From positions 55,614,001 to 55,678,000 of the forward strand of contig OZ076412.1 in the NCBI GenBank assembly GCA_964187785.1: a stretch of 64,000 nucleotides of DNA. Direction: 5' to 3'. Of the stretch, positions 60,022-64,000 are shown piece after piece (the stretch's first letter is position 1; every line of letters begins with the position of its first letter). Made by a program: the position numbers and the translations under genes. Source of the DNA: Amphiscolops sp. MND2022. Lineage: Eukaryota. The notes below the pieces were generated by a model. That model made no database searches. It saw only the letters and a program-made list of their open reading frames with translations, and was not told the origin of the DNA.

Positions 60022-62883
60022 ATGGTTCGCGTAGCTGACACTGATGCTGCTTTCGACGCAATTCTGAAAGAGGCAGCTGACAGGCTGGTAGTTGCCGACT
60101 TCTTCGCAGTTTGGTGTGAGCCCTGTCGAAGAATAGCCCCTGCTTTCAATGCCTTTGCCACCAAGTACACAAATGCTGTTTTTGCCAAAGTGGACGTCGA
60201 TAAATGTCAAGTGAGTTGAAAAATCTACACCATTCATTCACATCGTTGCATTTTTCTTTTTCGCCTCATTTATTGAAAAGATAAACCTTCGACGACCATA
60301 TTGGAAATAATTCACAGGTCATACAGTTTTGACTCCAATTCGTGCGGTTTTCAGCCAATAGGTAAGTAATGGTTTCGAGACCCACTTAGGCCTTTTTTCT
60401 ATAGGAAAAATCCTATTTTCAAAAAAATCTAACAAGTGAATCCCAAATATTAGTCAATTTTGGGAACCAACTTTTGAACTTTTTTATAAGCGAACTTTCT
60501 AATAAGCGCGTTTAATAAGAAACATTATCATTGAATCTCTTGAATCCATAAATCAACCTACTTTTTACATATTTACAAAATTAGTTAAGCTGAGTTTGGT
60601 TTAGCGATTTGTATACATTTGACGGCGGACTGTCACCGAAACCGTGTTCTGCCCGTGAATATCCGGTGCCATAAAATGACTCGCTTTTGCAAAACAGTTT
60701 CTTGGTTTTCAGTCAGAATGTCCCAGTTTGGTTTTCACAGTCTTGTTTTTGAATCACTTGTTAAATAGTGTATGGTAGATCGAATGAAAATGTTTTTCTT
60801 CATGTAGGCCATTGCCGGGCGCTATGGAGTGACATCTATGCCTACATTTCTTTTCTTCAAAAACGGGCAGCAGACTGACAAAGTTAGCGGAGCGGACCCC
60901 AACGCTCTAGAGGCAACTATCAAGAAGCACTACACGGAAACATCAGACCCTCTTCTGAGGGACGCGCCCCCTGGCATGCAATGTATCAACAGTTTAATCA
61001 ACAAATCCGAGTGTGAGTGTTTGAACGAGGACTCTGCTCACCCGGGTATCAACTGTCTGTCTACCGACTCAGCGGCTGCTACTAGAAGCGACTGCGACGA
61101 ACAGGTTTGTTGCGAGTTATATTGTCTGCTAAATTGAATTTCGGTGTATTGATTCGTATCTCAGTCTGTTCCTCGTTCTAGCTCCTGTTCAGAATTGGGT
61201 TCCAGCAGCCAATCAAGTTGCACTCTATCCGCATTGATGTCTCTCAGTCTGGAGGTCAGTTCCCACACTTTGAACAGAGTCCTTCAAATTTTTAAGGATC
61301 AACTTTTATTATTCATGAAAACTATTTCAAGTACAGGAAATTCCTAAAATCATAACTGTTAATAATATTAATAATACTTGATATATTTGTTTACTCTGAT
61401 TGACATGAGCATTTTTGCAGATCTTAGTGAAATTCGAGCGGCTCGCAGCACTGGGCTTGTATTTACAACAGCAGATCGTGGTTTTGTTGCATAAGGTCTT
61501 GTTGTGAATGGGCATAGATAGGGTTGCCGGATCTCGGTTTTCTGGGTCAAAGTCTTTCGAGAAAATTGAATTTTGCTAAAAATGCTAAAAAGCTAAATTT
61601 AGAAAAATTTAACCAGTTGTTCGCTAGAAAAACCCATTTCTCTCAACGTTAGGAGGTCAATTTGCTAATGCGTTTGCCCTGCAAACCAAACACGGTACCA
61701 ACAAATTGTAAAATGAAGACTGTGCTAAAGAATATGGGCTACTGGCAAAACAAATCATAAGTTGAAAAAAGGTAGGCTGCTTTGAAGTATCATTTGGTTA
61801 TTTGGGGTTAATGTTGGGCAAATAAATTTGTTTTGTTTTTCAATTGATACTGAGTTGATTATATCGAATCTTTTGTGTTGAATATATCGAATTCAAAACT
61901 TTTGTGTTGAAGGAATTGATGAAGCGCCTCGGAATTTGGTTCTGTATGTAAACATTGGAGGCTCGCAGGACTTCGACAGCATAGAATCGTGCACGATGGC
62001 CCAAGAACTGACGTTGACCAAGGAAGACATCTTGGCTGAAAAACCAATTGAGTTGAAATTTGTCAAATTTCAGAACGTCAATTCATTGACTGTAAGTTCA
62101 TGTCATTCACTTTGTAATCACAATTGTAGTTCATTTTAAGCTACATTAAGCTGTAATGTTTTGTCTCATTTATTGAGTGAACCACCTATATGAAGGGCTG
62201 TTCCAATTTTTTTAAACAAGACTAACTGATGCCAATACCATGCAGCAATTTCCATTTCACTCCCTCTAAGAGCCATGTTTGCCCTGGTGGTCACTTGAGA
62301 GGAGGATTTTGATATCGCTTATTTTTCGCTTATCGCTAAACCGCTAATTTTAATGTCGCTATTCCGCTATTAAATGTTTGACTTCAAGTATGTTTTTAAA
62401 TTAGGTGTTATCTCAGATTTTTTTGGAAAGAACAAAATGCTGGAATTTTTTTATACTGTGCGGGTGTTATAGGAGTGAAAGTTGAAATTTTTCAAAATTT
62501 ATTTTGTAACTGTATACTCGGAGGAAATTTTGATATAACTTTTTATTTTATGTTAATTTAGGTTTTGTGTAATATCCCTGAACTTCTAATATCACAATTT
62601 CAAATGCATGGAACTTTTCTGCCAAGTTGTATGTATGGTTGCTTCAGATTTTTGTGAAAAGCAATTTCGGTGGTGGAGACGTGACTTCCCTGAAAAACCT
62701 CGCGCTATACGGTGTACCTGTGAACCAAACAAATATGGGCGAATTCAAGCGGGTTAGTTGAAATTCGATAGTTTTGGATTCCAATCTTGCGATGCTCTTT
62801 TGCAGTTGATAAATACAGGGAAGCCCATCATACGCGGTATGTTTTCTCTGAATATGGGCAGAGAGCTCAGTGATTTGAATTAA
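60022..62883 (+). CDS. TXNL1: Thioredoxin-like protein 1 (Trx + PITH domain); exons 60022-60210, 60808-61104, 61182-61254, 61913-62091, 62648-62752, probable last exon from 62806
   Basis: LVVADFFAVWCEPCRRIAPAF, MPTFLFFKNG, CECLNE..SDCDEQ|LLFRIGFQQPIKLHSI, ELKFVKFQNVNSLT|IFVKSNFGG..TNMGEFKR. Splice phases are consistent; the last exon and stop are uncertain. Confidence 0.92.
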
Positions 62884-63700
62884 CGATTACAAAACAGTTA
62901 TAACCGCTCGAGCATACATTCTGACAGGTATACGTTGAATTGGCCTCAAAAACAAACTCAAATCTCTCATTTAGTCCAAAATTTGCGACAAATACAGTCG
63001 CTTTGGAATAATATTGTTTGAAATCATTTTTTGGCGATAGCTGAGACATTAAAAAAACACCCGCAACGCATTTTTCTCCTAATCATTTTTTCAATAGCAA
63101 AGTTTGTTCCTTCTGTCTGCAATTACAAAAAGGACCATTGGAATCTCCCCATCTCCCTTTAGCTTCCGCCCCTGATGTAAAAAATCCCGCGTTAATGTTC
63201 CATTGAGCTCTTATCTATGGTCCCCGTGATCATCGTGGGCTCTTGGGGCAGTTAAGTCGGGCATCAGATGTGCGGAAGCTGTTTTTATAATAGTGGTAAT
63301 CAGTGCTCACGAGTTCCGATTTTTTTTCACCTTTTTCGTGCTAGTTTCAGTCATTTATTCGTCTCCCCTGCCAATAGCGACTCCTCCCACATGAAAGTAT
63401 TCCACGGGATAAAAACGTTCCATCAAGATATTTCAACTAGACTAGGATACTACTTTTTTCATTGATAATAATTGCGGATATATTGAATTTTCGTTATCCA
63501 CAAGAATGTTATATCCATGCGTCATTTTTCTCACTTCGTTTGATTGACTATTCACTAGTCCTTAACAATGTCGTCAGTACACTAGGGGTGTCTCTCAGGA
63601 ACAGTAACTGTCGCTTCTAGATTCGTTCCCTAAGCTTTTTAATTTTGTTAGAACTCGGCTTTCTTTTTCTCTCGCTAGTCTGCAATGCAAGAAACAAGTC

Positions 63701-63900
63701 NNNNNNNNNNNNNNNNNNNNNNNNNNNNNNNNNNNNNNNNNNNNNNNNNNNNNNNNNNNNNNNNNNNNNNNNNNNNNNNNNNNNNNNNNNNNNNNNNNNN
63801 NNNNNNNNNNNNNNNNNNNNNNNNNNNNNNNNNNNNNNNNNNNNNNNNNNNNNNNNNNNNNNNNNNNNNNNNNNNNNNNNNNNNNNNNNNNNNNNNNNNN
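63701..63900. other. Assembly gap (200 N)
   Basis: Run of N. Confidence 1.
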
Positions 63901-64000
63901 ACACAACTCATTTCGTCTGCGTGGATTAAGGCTTCCGCAAGCGGGCGTTTGCCTTTGGAAGTCTTTTCTGTTGACTTTGTCATGTATTTTTAGTCGGCGC

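Noticed and set aside
61518-61752. TAGGGTTGCC hAT-like TIR in a TXNL1 intron
   Set aside because: No convincing partner TIR or 8-bp TSD found.
63595-63993. ORFs spanning the N run
   Set aside because: Artefacts of the assembly gap.
1-64000. CRISPR array, rRNA or prokaryotic operon
   Set aside because: Eukaryotic intron-containing DNA; no regularly spaced repeat-spacer array or rRNA-like sequence seen.

Overview
This is AT-rich metazoan genomic DNA with short GT-AG introns and a 200-N assembly gap at 63701-63900. The dense GGGGGACCC-type interspersed repeat reminds me of acoel flatworm assemblies, but that is an unverified impression. Four spliced host genes lie on the + strand: a PARG-fold gene with a degenerate catalytic loop and a large AKAP-like insertion (about 23093-29224), TMEM62 (31246-50401), ALG13 (55109-57347, with a tandem-duplicated first exon) and TXNL1 (60022 to about 62883). 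The rest is mostly mobile DNA: a decayed Ty3/Gypsy element, a rearranged BEL/Pao element with a 3.09-kb tandem duplication, a nearly intact LINE ORF2, LINE fragments, an 880-bp hAT element with an 8-bp TSD, and many Helentron/HINE-like non-autonomous repeats. The highlight is a complete 12-kb Ty3/Gypsy element in TMEM62 intron 7. It has both LTRs, gag-pol and an F-type (furin site plus fusion peptide) env. Between env and the 3' LTR it carries an antisense, intron-containing JmjC-like (HxD...H) 2OG/Fe(II) oxygenase gene and two further antisense ORFs. All protein assignments are by-eye motif recognition, not database searches.
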